A stretch of 64,000 nt of DNA from an uncultured Chitinophagaceae bacterium (GTDB lineage: Bacteria; Bacteroidota; Ignavibacteria; UBA10030; UBA8401). The notes under the pieces were generated by a model. That model did no database searches and was not told where the DNA came from. It worked only from the letters and a program-made list of their open reading frames with translations. Of this stretch, positions 1 to 11,056 are shown one piece after another (the stretch's first letter is position 1; every line of letters begins with the position of its first letter). The stretch is taken from positions 677 through 64,676 of the forward strand of contig CAZRWF010000006.1 of the NCBI GenBank assembly GCA_964603685.1, written 5' to 3'. A program made the position numbers and the translations under genes.

Positions 1-2354
1 TGGAACCGTTCAACCGGCGGCACGCAATTCCCGTTGATCAAATGGAATGAAGCGAATGTCATCCTCGCGCTCGAATCGGATTTCCTCGGATATGAGGGTC
101 ACCTTGCCGAACAGACGAGGATGTATGTAGAGAAGAGAAACGTCAATAATGCCAAAGGGATCAGCCGGCTCTATTCTGCGGATGGGACGATGAACTCCAC
201 CGCAATGAACGCCGATTACCGCTTGAAGGTGCGGCCCGATCAGCAGCTGGAATTCGTCCTCGCGCTCATCAACGAATTCCGTCCGAATGGGAAAGCGTCG
301 TTGAAGGATTTTACGGCCAAAAACGGACTTGATGCCGCCGCCGTGCAGCAATTGGTGAAAGATCTTTCCGCAAACCGCGGCAAATCGATCGTTCATGCCG
401 GCAATGGTTTGCCGGAATCGGTCCATGTTGCCGTAAACGTTCTGAACGATCTTCTCGGCAATTCCGCACTCTATAACAGAGAACAGTCGGCGGTGATCCT
501 CTCCGCGCTGACCAAACAATCGGAATGGGAATCGCTGGTTGCGCGAATGAACGGCGGTTCGGTCGGTGTGGTCATCCACTTCGATACCAATCCGGTCTAT
601 CACTTCGCACCCGATCTGGGATATGCCGACGCCGTCAAAAAAGTGCCGACGGTAATCACCTTCGCCGAAACGCAGAACGAATCATCCGCCGCCGGAAATT
701 TTGTCCTCCCGATTCACCATGACTACGAATCGTGGGGCGATCATAAAACCCGGACGGGCATGATCAGTCTTCAGCAGCCGGTGATTTCTCCGCTCTATAA
801 CACTCGTCAAAAAGAAGCGGCGCTGTTATTTTGGTCCAAAGGTGCGGCCGAAACGTTCAAAGAATCTTCCTATCACGAATTTGTGATGAACCGTTGGGAA
901 AAAGAGGTCTTCCCGGCGATGCGCGTGAGTGTTGACTTCAAATCATTCTGGTACTCTGCGTTGCACGACGGTGTGGTTACATACAACGAGGCGGCGGCAC
1001 CTGTTCCGGCAGTGAAAGGAGATGCACTGAACTCCGTTCTGCTGCCGAAACCGACCGGTGATTTTGTTTTGTATCTGCATGACAATTATTTTGTCGGCGA
1101 CGGACGGTACGCGAACAACGGCTGGCTGCAGGAAATGCCGCATCCCGCATCGAAGATTGCGTGGGACAATTATGCTGCCTTGTCTGTTGCGACGGCGAAA
1201 GAGGCCGGCGTTGAAGAAGGGGAGATGATCGAAGTGACCGCCGGCAGCAGAACGCTCGCGCTTCCGGTGCATGTGCAGCCCGGACTCTCGGACAAACTGA
1301 TTGCGGTGATGCTCGGATACGGCCGCACGGTTGCCGGAACGGTCGGCACCGGCGTCGGCTTCAACGCAAATGTGTTGATGTCGAAAACCGCCGTTTTGTC
1401 GCCGTGGCTGTATGACGGCGTGAAAATTTCCAAAACCGGTGAAAAATATCTGCTCGCCTCCACGCAGGAACATCACGACCTGGACGATACCTTCCTGAAA
1501 GACCTCCATAAAAAACGGCAGATCATTCAGGAAGGCACGGTCACGGAGTATGTCGACGATCCGAAGTTCCTCCAAAAGCAGCATCACTATCAGACGATCG
1601 TGCCGAAGATAAAATATGAGGGGGTCAAGTGGGCGATGGCGATCGATCTGAACAAATGCACCGGCTGCGGTGTCTGCACGCTCTCGTGTAATGTGGAAAA
1701 CAATATTCCGGTGGTGGGGAAAGATCAGCTGCACAAAGGCCGCGAAATGACCTGGATCCGGATCGACCGGTACTTCTCCGGAACGTCGGATGCACCGAAC
1801 GTGAGCAATCAGCCGATGTTGTGCCAGCATTGCGACAACGCGCCGTGCGAGAACGTCTGCCCGGTCGTCGCCACCACGCACAGTCCGGACGGACTGAACC
1901 AGATGGCATACAACCGCTGCGTCGGGACGAAATATTGTTCCAACAACTGTCCGTACAAAGTCCGGCGCTTCAACTTCTTCGATTTCCGCGACGAGTTTAA
2001 CGACGGCCATCAATATCAACAGCCCCTTAACATGATGCACAATCCCGAAGTGACCGTACGGTCACGCGGCGTAATGGAAAAATGCACCTTCTGCGTTCAG
2101 CGGATCATGGAAGGGCGTCAGCACGCCATCGAAGAGGGGAAAGAGTTTACGGGAGCCGGCATCACCGTCGCTTGCCAGGATGCCTGCCCGGCCGATGCAA
2201 TCGTCTTCGGGAACGTGTTGGACAAAAATTCGGATATCTATAAATACCGTCATCATGAAATCGGCTACCATGTGCTCGAAGAAATTAACGTGGCGCCGAA
2301 CGTGACGTATGTGGCAAAACTTCGCAATGTAGAATCTCAAACGGAGAAAGCATA

Positions 2355-2355
<1 letters not shown>
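1..2355 (+). CDS. actB: Alternative complex III subunit ActB (molybdopterin-like domain fused to a 4Fe-4S ferredoxin domain), 5'-truncated by the window edge
   Basis: Frame 1 is open from nt 1, so the TTG at 34 is not the real start. The C-terminal half has ferredoxin Cys clusters: [11 protein letters not shown] (from nt 1657), [33 protein letters not shown]. NrfD-like, DUF3341, cytochrome c and ActF-like genes follow in ACIII order. Confidence 0.9.
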
Positions 2356-3743
<1,388 letters not shown>

Positions 3744-3745
3744 CC

Positions 3746-4885
3746 ATGGAAAAGAAACTCTACGCCGTTACGGCACTCTATTCTCAACCGAACGATATCC
3801 TGCGCGCGGCAGCAAAAGTGCGCGACGCCGGATATCAAAAATTCGACGTACACACTCCCTATCCGGTTCACGGATTGGACGGAGCGATGGGGCTTCCCGA
3901 AACGAAACTCGGTTTTGTGACCTTGTTCTCCGGCATCCTCGGTGCCGTCGGAATGATTTCGTTCGCGTCGTGGGTCGCCATTGTGGACTATCCGCAGGTG
4001 ATCGGCGGAAAACCGTATTGGTCGTGGCCCGCGTTTGTTCCGGTGACGTACGAAATTGCCGTGCTGCTGGCCGTTCTCGGTACCGTCGGCGCCATGATCG
4101 CGTTCTTTTTTAAGTTTCCGAATACCAGCCATCCGTTGCACGATACGCCGTACATGAAACGGGTCTCCTCCGACCGGTTCGGGGTGGCGATACAGGCGGA
4201 CGATGCGCAATTCGACGAAAACAAAGCGCGTGAACTGCTCCGCTCCACCGGCGGGGAAGTGGATGCGGTGTATTACAGCGAAGAGTTTCTGACGTTCAAG
4301 CCGAAGACGTTCGATCCGAAGTTTGTGCTTCTGCTTGTCGGCGTGGCGCTGGCAACATCGGCCGGCGGATATCTGTATTGGAACAAACTATTGTTTCTTC
4401 CTCCATTCGATTGGATGATGCAGCAGCCGCGGTTCGACGTTCAGGCGACCACGGATTTTTATGAAGACGGCCGAACGATGCGACTGCCCGTAACGGGAAC
4501 GGTGGCGCGCGGATTTATGCCGTATCCGTACGCCCTCGGCGCGAATGCCGACTCGGTCGGAAAATTTTTGGTGAATCCGATGCTGCCGACGGCGGCGAAT
4601 CTGGAACTCGGGAAGAAAAAATATTTGACGTTTTGCAGTCCGTGCCACGGCAATTTCGGTAACGGCGACAGCCGGCTGCAGGGACAATTCCCGAATCCTC
4701 CGACGCTCCATTCGGACAAACTGCGGCAGTGGAGCGACGGGGCATTGTTTCACACGATCACCGTCGGACAGAACGTGATGCCGGCGTATCAGAATCAAAT
4801 TTCGCGGGACGAACGGTGGGCGGTGGTCAATTACATCCGAACATTACAGCGCGCTTATAACGCGAAGGAGTCCGATCTACAATGA
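3746..4885 (+). CDS. actDE: ACIII ActD (DUF3341-like) fused to an ActE-like monoheme cytochrome c
   Basis: The N-terminus, LYAVTALYSQPNDILRAAAKVRDAGYQKFDVHTPYPVHGLDGAMG, is DUF3341/ActD-like and is followed by 2 TM helices. The C-terminal domain has a single heme motif CSPCH (nt 4634-4648) and a distal MPAY. It is one uninterrupted 379-aa ORF. Confidence 0.8.
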   Translation: MEKKLYAVTALYSQPNDILRAAAKVRDAGYQKFDVHTPYPVHGLDGAMGLPETKLGFVTLFSGILGAVGMISFASWVAIVDYPQVIGGKPYWSWPAFVPVTYEIAVLLAVLGTVGAMIAFFFKFPNTSHPLHDTPYMKRVSSDRFGVAIQADDAQFDENKARELLRSTGGEVDAVYYSEEFLTFKPKTFDPKFVLLLVGVALATSAGGYLYWNKLLFLPPFDWMMQQPRFDVQATTDFYEDGRTMRLPVTGTVARGFMPYPYALGANADSVGKFLVNPMLPTAANLELGKKKYLTFCSPCHGNFGNGDSRLQGQFPNPPTLHSDKLRQWSDGALFHTITVGQNVMPAYQNQISRDERWAVVNYIRTLQRAYNAKESDLQ

Positions 4886-6066
4886 GCGCTCATGAATCGA
4901 TGATTGTTCCGAAAAAAGAACTGCCGTCCAACCTGACGAGAATCGGATGGACGTTGACGCTGGCGGGTCTGGCGCTCGTCATTCTCTCGTATTTCACCGA
5001 TGCACACCGCGCGGCGTTCAACAACGTCGTCGGATTTACTTTTTTGGTCAGTATCGGCGTCGGTTCGGTCTTTTTTATTTCACTGGAATATATCGCCGGT
5101 GCCGTGTGGAGCACCCCCTTCCGCCGGGTGATTGAATTTTTGGGGATGATGCTGGTCCCGGCCGCTCTGCTGGCAATCCCGTTGATCTTTCAATTGCACG
5201 ACTTATATCATTGGACGCATCCGGAAGCAGTCGCTGCCGACAAGGTGCTGCAAAGCAAAGCGCCGTATCTCAACGAACAGTTTTTCCTGATCCGTTTTGC
5301 GGTGATCTTCGTGATCTGGTTTCTTTTCTACGGCATCTTCCGACGGAACTCGCTGAAACAGGATTTGGATAAGGATCAGGCGAACACCAAAAAGAACATC
5401 GCATTGGCGGCCGCCTTTATTCCGCTGCTGGCGATTTCCATCTCCGTCTTCGGCATCGACTGGTTGATGAGCCTCGAACCGCATTGGTTTTCCACCATGT
5501 TCGGCGTCTATTATTTTACCGGGACGATCCTGACGGCGCTGAGCGTTACCACGTTGTTCGTCGTCGTTTTGAGTGAAAAAGGATTTTTCTTCAAAGGAGT
5601 GAACCACAATCATTATTACAGTTTCGGCGCGTTGATGTTCGGGCTTTGTTCCTTCTGGGCGTATATCGCCTTCAGCCAGTTCATGCTCATTTGGTATGCA
5701 AACATTCCGGAAGAAAACTTCTGGTTCATCGAACGCTGGCAGAACGGCTGGGAATATGTGTCGATTGCCATCGTGTTGATCCATTTCTGGATCCCGTATT
5801 TTATGCTCGTGTCGCGCCCGTCCAAAATGAATCCGGTCAACTTAAAACGGTCGGCGGCTATTCTCGTGTTCGCCCACTTTTTGGATCTCTACTGGCTGGT
5901 GATGCCGACATACGCCGACGCACCGGTCTTCAGTTATTACGAAGCCGCTTTTCCGGTCTTGTCGATCGGATTAATCATTGTGCTTTTCGCTTTTCAGTCC
6001 AAAAAATATAATATCGTGCCGATCGGCGATCCGAAATTGCAGCGCGGAATTGATTTCCATCTCTAA
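4882..6066 (+). CDS. actF: ACIII subunit ActF (second polytopic membrane subunit)
   Basis: 394-aa multi-TM protein. ATGA start/stop overlap with the preceding gene. It sits in the canonical position after ActE. Confidence 0.75.
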   Translation: MSAHESMIVPKKELPSNLTRIGWTLTLAGLALVILSYFTDAHRAAFNNVVGFTFLVSIGVGSVFFISLEYIAGAVWSTPFRRVIEFLGMMLVPAALLAIPLIFQLHDLYHWTHPEAVAADKVLQSKAPYLNEQFFLIRFAVIFVIWFLFYGIFRRNSLKQDLDKDQANTKKNIALAAAFIPLLAISISVFGIDWLMSLEPHWFSTMFGVYYFTGTILTALSVTTLFVVVLSEKGFFFKGVNHNHYYSFGALMFGLCSFWAYIAFSQFMLIWYANIPEENFWFIERWQNGWEYVSIAIVLIHFWIPYFMLVSRPSKMNPVNLKRSAAILVFAHFLDLYWLVMPTYADAPVFSYYEAAFPVLSIGLIIVLFAFQSKKYNIVPIGDPKLQRGIDFHL

Positions 6067-6081
6067 TTAGGTGTGAACAGA

Positions 6082-7017
6082 ATGTCACTCAAGGACGAAA
6101 CAGATTTTCAAGAAATTCTTCGCAACCCGGTCCGTCTGTTCGGACTGTCGTTCATCTATTTTCTCTCCGTAGCCGGTTTTCTCGGAGCATACTATCTTTG
6201 GCACATGAACGACATCTCCAAAAATGCCGTCGCCCCGGTGGTGTTGGCGGATTCTTCCCAGTTTGTGCAGGATATTCCGATGCAGCGCGGCGCGTTGATT
6301 GCTCCGGTGAACGTCACCGTAGTCGGCCGGACCTCCAAAGTGTTGGTGGATAAAGGCGCGAACCTCTACAAAGCGAATTGCGCTTCTTGCCACGGCGACA
6401 ACGGACTCGGCGACGGGCTCAGCGCCTCCACGCTTCCGGTGAAACCGAGAAATTTTCATTCTCCGGAAGGTTGGAAAAACGGCCGCACCGTCTCCAATCT
6501 CTATAAAACGCTTCACGAAGGAATCGTTCTGAACGGTATGCAGTCATTCAATTATTTGCCGGCGGAAGATCGTTTTGCGATCATCCACTTCATCCGGACG
6601 ATGGCGGCGGATTATCCGGTGGACTCGCTGACCGAGCTGTTGGAACTGGAAAAGACATATAACCTCTCCAAAGGGACGCAGCTGCCGCCGCAAATTCCGG
6701 TGAAGCTGGCGATGGAAAAATTGAAAAAAGAATCAGCCGGAATCAACGCGTATGTGGAAGACGTGTGCGAAACGATCGCCGACAAAAAACAGGAAGAACA
6801 AGGAATGATGCTGGCGAAACGGCTGAGCAGCAACAGCACGAAAGTGGTAACGGCGGCGCTCACTGTCGGCGGCAAGAATCTGGATGAATTCATCCGGACG
6901 GTTTCGGCCGATCCGGTGACGATCGGATTTAAGACCGCCGTGCTGCGGTTGAGCAGGGAAGAGTGGAGCGCGTTGCATTCCTATTTGACGAAAGTGGCCA
7001 GAGAGAAGAAAAGTTAA
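6082..7017 (+). CDS. Membrane-anchored class I cytochrome c with a ~140-aa C-terminal extension of unknown function
   Basis: One N-terminal TM helix (LFGLSFIYFLSVAGFLGAYYLW), heme motif CASCH (nt 6379-6393) and a distal GMQSF Met. ATG 6082 lies 8 nt after AGGTG. The GTG at 6073 is an alternative start. Confidence 0.8.
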   Translation: MSLKDETDFQEILRNPVRLFGLSFIYFLSVAGFLGAYYLWHMNDISKNAVAPVVLADSSQFVQDIPMQRGALIAPVNVTVVGRTSKVLVDKGANLYKANCASCHGDNGLGDGLSASTLPVKPRNFHSPEGWKNGRTVSNLYKTLHEGIVLNGMQSFNYLPAEDRFAIIHFIRTMAADYPVDSLTELLELEKTYNLSKGTQLPPQIPVKLAMEKLKKESAGINAYVEDVCETIADKKQEEQGMMLAKRLSSNSTKVVTAALTVGGKNLDEFIRTVSADPVTIGFKTAVLRLSREEWSALHSYLTKVAREKKS

Positions 7018-7782
7018 ATGAAATCGATAAGTATCGTGCTGTTGATTGCGGTGTCGCTGTTGAATGCGGAAGATTCAACGCGCCCGCGCATCGAAATCGG
7101 GATCGAAGAACGGATCGGCAATGTATTGCCGATGCAGACGTCGTTTTTCGACGAAAAGGGCAACTACCGGACGCTCGATGAGATGGTGGACAAACCAACC
7201 ATCTTCAATTTTGTTTATTACCGTTGTCCGGGTATTTGCAGTCCGCTGCTGACGGAAATTACCTCGATCGTCAATTTTCTTGACATGCAGATCGGGACGG
7301 ACTATCAGATCATCACGATTAGTTTCGATGAACGGGAAAAATTCGAACTGGCGGGATCAAAACGGGAGAGTTATTTCGGATTGTTGAAAAAGCAGATCCC
7401 CGACGAATCGTGGAAATTTCTCACCGGGGACAGTGCGGCGATCGCCGCGATCACCGATGCGGCGGGATTCCGTTTTAAACGCGAGGGGAACGATTTCCTC
7501 CATTTGGGTGCGCTGATCGTCGTTTCGCCGGATGGGAAGATCGCACGGTATTTGAACGGGACGAAGTTTCTTCCGTTCGACGTGAAACTGGCGGTCACCG
7601 AGGCGTCCGAGGGACGGACCGGTCCGACTATCACCAAATTGCTCTCCTATTGTTACAGTTACAATCCGGAAGGCCGCACCTATGTGTTCAACGTGACGCG
7701 GGTGACCGGAGGGGTGATTCTGTTGTTCGCGGCGGTGTTCGTGGTCTATTTGACCGTTAAACCAAAAAAAGTTCAATCGTAA
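7018..7782 (+). CDS. SCO1/SenC-family copper chaperone (thioredoxin fold)
   Basis: CPGIC (CxxxC) motif at nt 7225-7239 in the context YYRCPGICSPLL. A C-terminal TM helix is present. It sits directly upstream of oxidase subunit I. Confidence 0.85.
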   Translation: MKSISIVLLIAVSLLNAEDSTRPRIEIGIEERIGNVLPMQTSFFDEKGNYRTLDEMVDKPTIFNFVYYRCPGICSPLLTEITSIVNFLDMQIGTDYQIITISFDEREKFELAGSKRESYFGLLKKQIPDESWKFLTGDSAAIAAITDAAGFRFKREGNDFLHLGALIVVSPDGKIARYLNGTKFLPFDVKLAVTEASEGRTGPTITKLLSYCYSYNPEGRTYVFNVTRVTGGVILLFAAVFVVYLTVKPKKVQS

Positions 7783-7798
7783 GCAGGAAAGAGAATTT

Positions 7799-9451
7799 AT
7801 GGCGCATGTTGCACAGGCGGCGGAAAAGGTAGAACCGAGTTACCTGGAGGTCTCGACCAACAAGTACAAAAAAGGTCTGTTGTCGTGGATCTTGTCGGTC
7901 GATCACAAGAGGATCGGCGTATTGTATCTCTGGTCCATGATGGCGTTTTTCGCCGTCGCCGTCTTCTTCGGATTTATGATCCGTCTGGAACTCATTGCAC
8001 CGGGGAAAACGATCATTGATGCGCAGACGTACAATCAGTTCTTTACGCTGCACGGCATCATCATGATCTTCCTCTTCATCATTCCGGGATTGCCGGCGGT
8101 CTTCGGCAATTTTTTCCTGCCGATTATGATCGGCGCGAAGGATGTGATCTTTCCCCGTTTGAACCTGATGTCGTGGTATATGTTTGTGTTCGGCGGACTG
8201 TTTGCCGTTCTTTCGATTTTTCTTCCGGGCGGTTCCGCCGATACCGGCTGGATGTTCTACGTTCCGTATTCCGTCCGCACCACCACGAATGTGTTCCCGG
8301 CGCTGATGGCGGCATTTATTCTCGGATTTTCTTCCATCCTCACCGGATTAAATTTCATCACCACCATTCACCGGATGCGTCATCCCGAAATGTCGTGGTT
8401 TAAGATGCCGTTGTTCGTCTGGTCGCTGTATGCCACCGCCTGGATCCAGGTGCTGGCCACGCCGATCATCGGCATCACGCTGGCGCTCGTCGCCATCGAA
8501 CGGTTTCTCGGTGTCGGCATTTTCGATCCGGCACTGGGGGGCGATCCGGTATTGTATCAGCATCTGTTCTGGATTTATTCGCATCCGGCGGTGTACATCA
8601 TGATTCTGCCGGCAATGGGTCTGGTGTCCGAAATTATTCCGGTCTTTGCCCGCCGCGCCATCTTCGGGTATAAGTTCATCGCTTTTTCCAGTCTGGCCAT
8701 CGCACTCTTCGGTTCGCTGGTGTGGGCGCATCATATGTTCACGGCGGGGATGAGCGATACGGCGCAATTCGTCTTTTCCTTCATTACGTACGTAGTCTCG
8801 ATTCCCTCCGCGATTAAAGTGTTCAACTGGGTCTCCACAATGTATAAAGGATCGATCCAGGCCGACCCGCCGCTGTTGTACGTGTTGTCGTTCATCTTTC
8901 AGTTTTCGATCGGGGGATTCACCGGTTTGATGCTCGGTGCGTTATCGGTAAACATCCATCTGCAAGACACCTCGTTCGTGGTGGCGCATTTCCATTACGT
9001 AATGTTCGGAGGAACGGGATTCGGAATTTTCGCTGCGATGCATTATTGGCTGCCGAAGATGTTCGGCCGGATGTACAATTTGAAAGTGGCCACCTGGGCT
9101 TGGGCGACCGTGACGATCGGTTATAACATGCTCTATATGCCGTTGTTTATCATGGGATATCTCGGCATGCCGCGCCGATATTACGATTATCTTCCGGAAT
9201 TCCACGGATACCACCTCGCGTCGACCATCGGCTCGTGGATTTTGATCATCGGATTGATTGTTATGTTCTGGAATCTGTTCGTGGGTATGCGCCGCGGACC
9301 GAAGGCGCCGATGAATCCGTGGGGAGGCGAAACACTGGAGTGGAAGGTGCAAACGCCGCCGATTCTCGAAAATTTCCACGACGTTCCGGACGTTCATGCG
9401 GGACCGTACGACTATTCCAAGTATGAGGCAAAAAAGGAGGGAACGAAGTGA
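7799..9451 (+). CDS. ctaD: Heme-copper (aa3-type) cytochrome c oxidase subunit I
   Basis: 550 aa with 12+ TM helices. Hallmark stretches LFWIYSHPAVYIMILP and HFHYVMFGG are present. Confidence 0.95.
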   Translation: MAHVAQAAEKVEPSYLEVSTNKYKKGLLSWILSVDHKRIGVLYLWSMMAFFAVAVFFGFMIRLELIAPGKTIIDAQTYNQFFTLHGIIMIFLFIIPGLPAVFGNFFLPIMIGAKDVIFPRLNLMSWYMFVFGGLFAVLSIFLPGGSADTGWMFYVPYSVRTTTNVFPALMAAFILGFSSILTGLNFITTIHRMRHPEMSWFKMPLFVWSLYATAWIQVLATPIIGITLALVAIERFLGVGIFDPALGGDPVLYQHLFWIYSHPAVYIMILPAMGLVSEIIPVFARRAIFGYKFIAFSSLAIALFGSLVWAHHMFTAGMSDTAQFVFSFITYVVSIPSAIKVFNWVSTMYKGSIQADPPLLYVLSFIFQFSIGGFTGLMLGALSVNIHLQDTSFVVAHFHYVMFGGTGFGIFAAMHYWLPKMFGRMYNLKVATWAWATVTIGYNMLYMPLFIMGYLGMPRRYYDYLPEFHGYHLASTIGSWILIIGLIVMFWNLFVGMRRGPKAPMNPWGGETLEWKVQTPPILENFHDVPDVHAGPYDYSKYEAKKEGTK

Positions 9452-10071
9452 GTTCTGCCGATCACACCGCCGTGCATCACGTTCATCGGGACGATTACGG
9501 TTCCCGGATGGGGATGTGGCTCTTTTTGTTCACCGAGCTGATCCTGTTCGGTGGATTGTTCATCATCTATGCCGTTTATCGGTTCATGCATCAGCAGGAA
9601 TTCCACATCGCGGCGCAGGAACTGAACACGACCATCGGACTGATCAACACCATCGCTCTTCTTACCAGCAGTATGACCGCGGCGATGTCCATCACCGCGA
9701 TGCAAAAAGGGAATGTCCGGTTCTCCAAAGGGCTGATCTGGATCACCATCGGATTTGCCTTCGTCTTTTTGGTAAATAAATATTTCGAATGGGGCGCCAA
9801 GATTCACCACGGCATTTATCCCGGTTCCAAGGATCTGTTGAATAAACCGGACGGAGAAATTCTCTACTTCGGTCTGTATTACGTGATGACCGGATTGCAT
9901 ACGTTCCACGTGATTGTCGGTATCGTCTTTTTCTGGTTTATACTTCGACAGATTAATCAGAAAAAAATTCACCAAACACAGTACGTCCGTCTGGAAAATT
10001 CAGCGTTATATTGGCACTTGGTCGATCTCATCTGGATCTTCCTTTTCCCGTTATTCTATCTGATCCATTAA
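9448..10071 (+). CDS. ctaE: Cytochrome c oxidase subunit III
   Basis: 207 aa with 5 TM helices. MWLFLFTELILFGGLFIIY and YWHLVDLIWIFLFPLFYL are typical of subunit III. The GTGA overlaps the ctaD stop. Confidence 0.9.
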   Translation: MSSADHTAVHHVHRDDYGSRMGMWLFLFTELILFGGLFIIYAVYRFMHQQEFHIAAQELNTTIGLINTIALLTSSMTAAMSITAMQKGNVRFSKGLIWITIGFAFVFLVNKYFEWGAKIHHGIYPGSKDLLNKPDGEILYFGLYYVMTGLHTFHVIVGIVFFWFILRQINQKKIHQTQYVRLENSALYWHLVDLIWIFLFPLFYLIH

Positions 10072-10081
10072 AGGTTTGGCA

Positions 10082-10378
10082 ATGAGCGAACATCATCACG
10101 AAGAACCACACGTCGTCGAATACGGAAATTACATCTTCATCTGGCTGGGCCTGCTGGCATTCACCGGCATCACTGTTACCGTTTCCGGGATCAATCTCGG
10201 CAACTGGACGATTGTGATCGCGCTGCTAATCGCCTGCATCAAATCCTGGTATGTGCTGAACTATTTTATGCACATGAAATATGAGGATAACGTCTTCAAA
10301 CTGTTCATCCTGACGGCAATTTTGACATTTATCATCTTCCTGGGATTCACGTTCTGGGATTATTCGTTTACGAGGTAA
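10082..10378 (+). CDS. Cytochrome c oxidase subunit IV-family small membrane protein
   Basis: About 98 aa with 3 TM helices, immediately after subunit III. The TTG at 10076 is an alternative start. Confidence 0.7.
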   Translation: MSEHHHEEPHVVEYGNYIFIWLGLLAFTGITVTVSGINLGNWTIVIALLIACIKSWYVLNYFMHMKYEDNVFKLFILTAILTFIIFLGFTFWDYSFTR

Positions 10379-10382
10379 GGGA

Positions 10383-11033
10383 ATGTTCACAACGGCTTCA
10401 AATTTTACGGATGGAGTGGACGCGGTCTTTTTGTACATCACGGCGCTCTCGCTCATCGTCCTGCTCGGCATCACGGTCGCCATGATCTATTTTGTCATCC
10501 GCTACAGCCGGAAACGCAATCCCGTACCGACCCACGTGGAAGAAAATCTGACGCTGGAAATCCTCTGGACGGTGATCCCGCTGGTGCTCTTCATCAGCAT
10601 GTTCTATTTCGGCTGGGTCGGATATAAAGATATGCGGAATATTCCGGAAGATGCGATTACCATTGAAGTGACGGCGCGGATGTGGCAGTGGAGTTTCGAG
10701 TATCCGAACGGACTGAAAACCGATACGCTGTATGTGCCGAAGGACAAAGCGGTGAAAACGAACCTTATCTCCAGCGACGTGAGCCATGCGTTTTTTATCC
10801 CGGCATTTCGCGTGAAAAAGGATGTGTACCCGAACAAAAAGAACGATCTCTGGTTCAAATCCGACAAAGTGGGCCGGTACGACATCGCCTGCGCCGAATA
10901 TTGCGGATTGAACCATTCGGCGATGTATTCCGCCGTGTATATCATGGAGCAAGAGGATTTCGACCGATGGTATTCCGCAGCGTCGTCCAAAGCGGGATTG
11001 CCGCCGACCTTGACTGCTCCTGTTAAAAAATAA
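10383..11033 (+). CDS. ctaC: Cytochrome c oxidase subunit II (CuA cupredoxin domain, no fused cytochrome c domain)
   Basis: Two N-terminal TM helices. CuA ligand motif CAEYCGLNHSAM at nt 10890-10925, with an upstream DVSHAFFIP His. Confidence 0.9.
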   Translation: MFTTASNFTDGVDAVFLYITALSLIVLLGITVAMIYFVIRYSRKRNPVPTHVEENLTLEILWTVIPLVLFISMFYFGWVGYKDMRNIPEDAITIEVTARMWQWSFEYPNGLKTDTLYVPKDKAVKTNLISSDVSHAFFIPAFRVKKDVYPNKKNDLWFKSDKVGRYDIACAEYCGLNHSAMYSAVYIMEQEDFDRWYSAASSKAGLPPTLTAPVKK

Positions 11034-11056
11034 TTTTCACATCCGGCCAAACGACC

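Noticed and set aside
943-2040. Long antisense ORFs opposite well-supported genes. Examples: 943-2040, 2388-3545, 10398-10952, 19162-20073, 39363-40217, 45172-45903, 52276-53055, 55051-56172 and 59676-60920.
   Set aside because: Each lies entirely inside a gene with unmistakable family motifs on the other strand. Their translations are R/G/H/P-rich low-complexity strings with no recognisable motif. Long stop-free antisense frames are expected at this GC content and codon bias.
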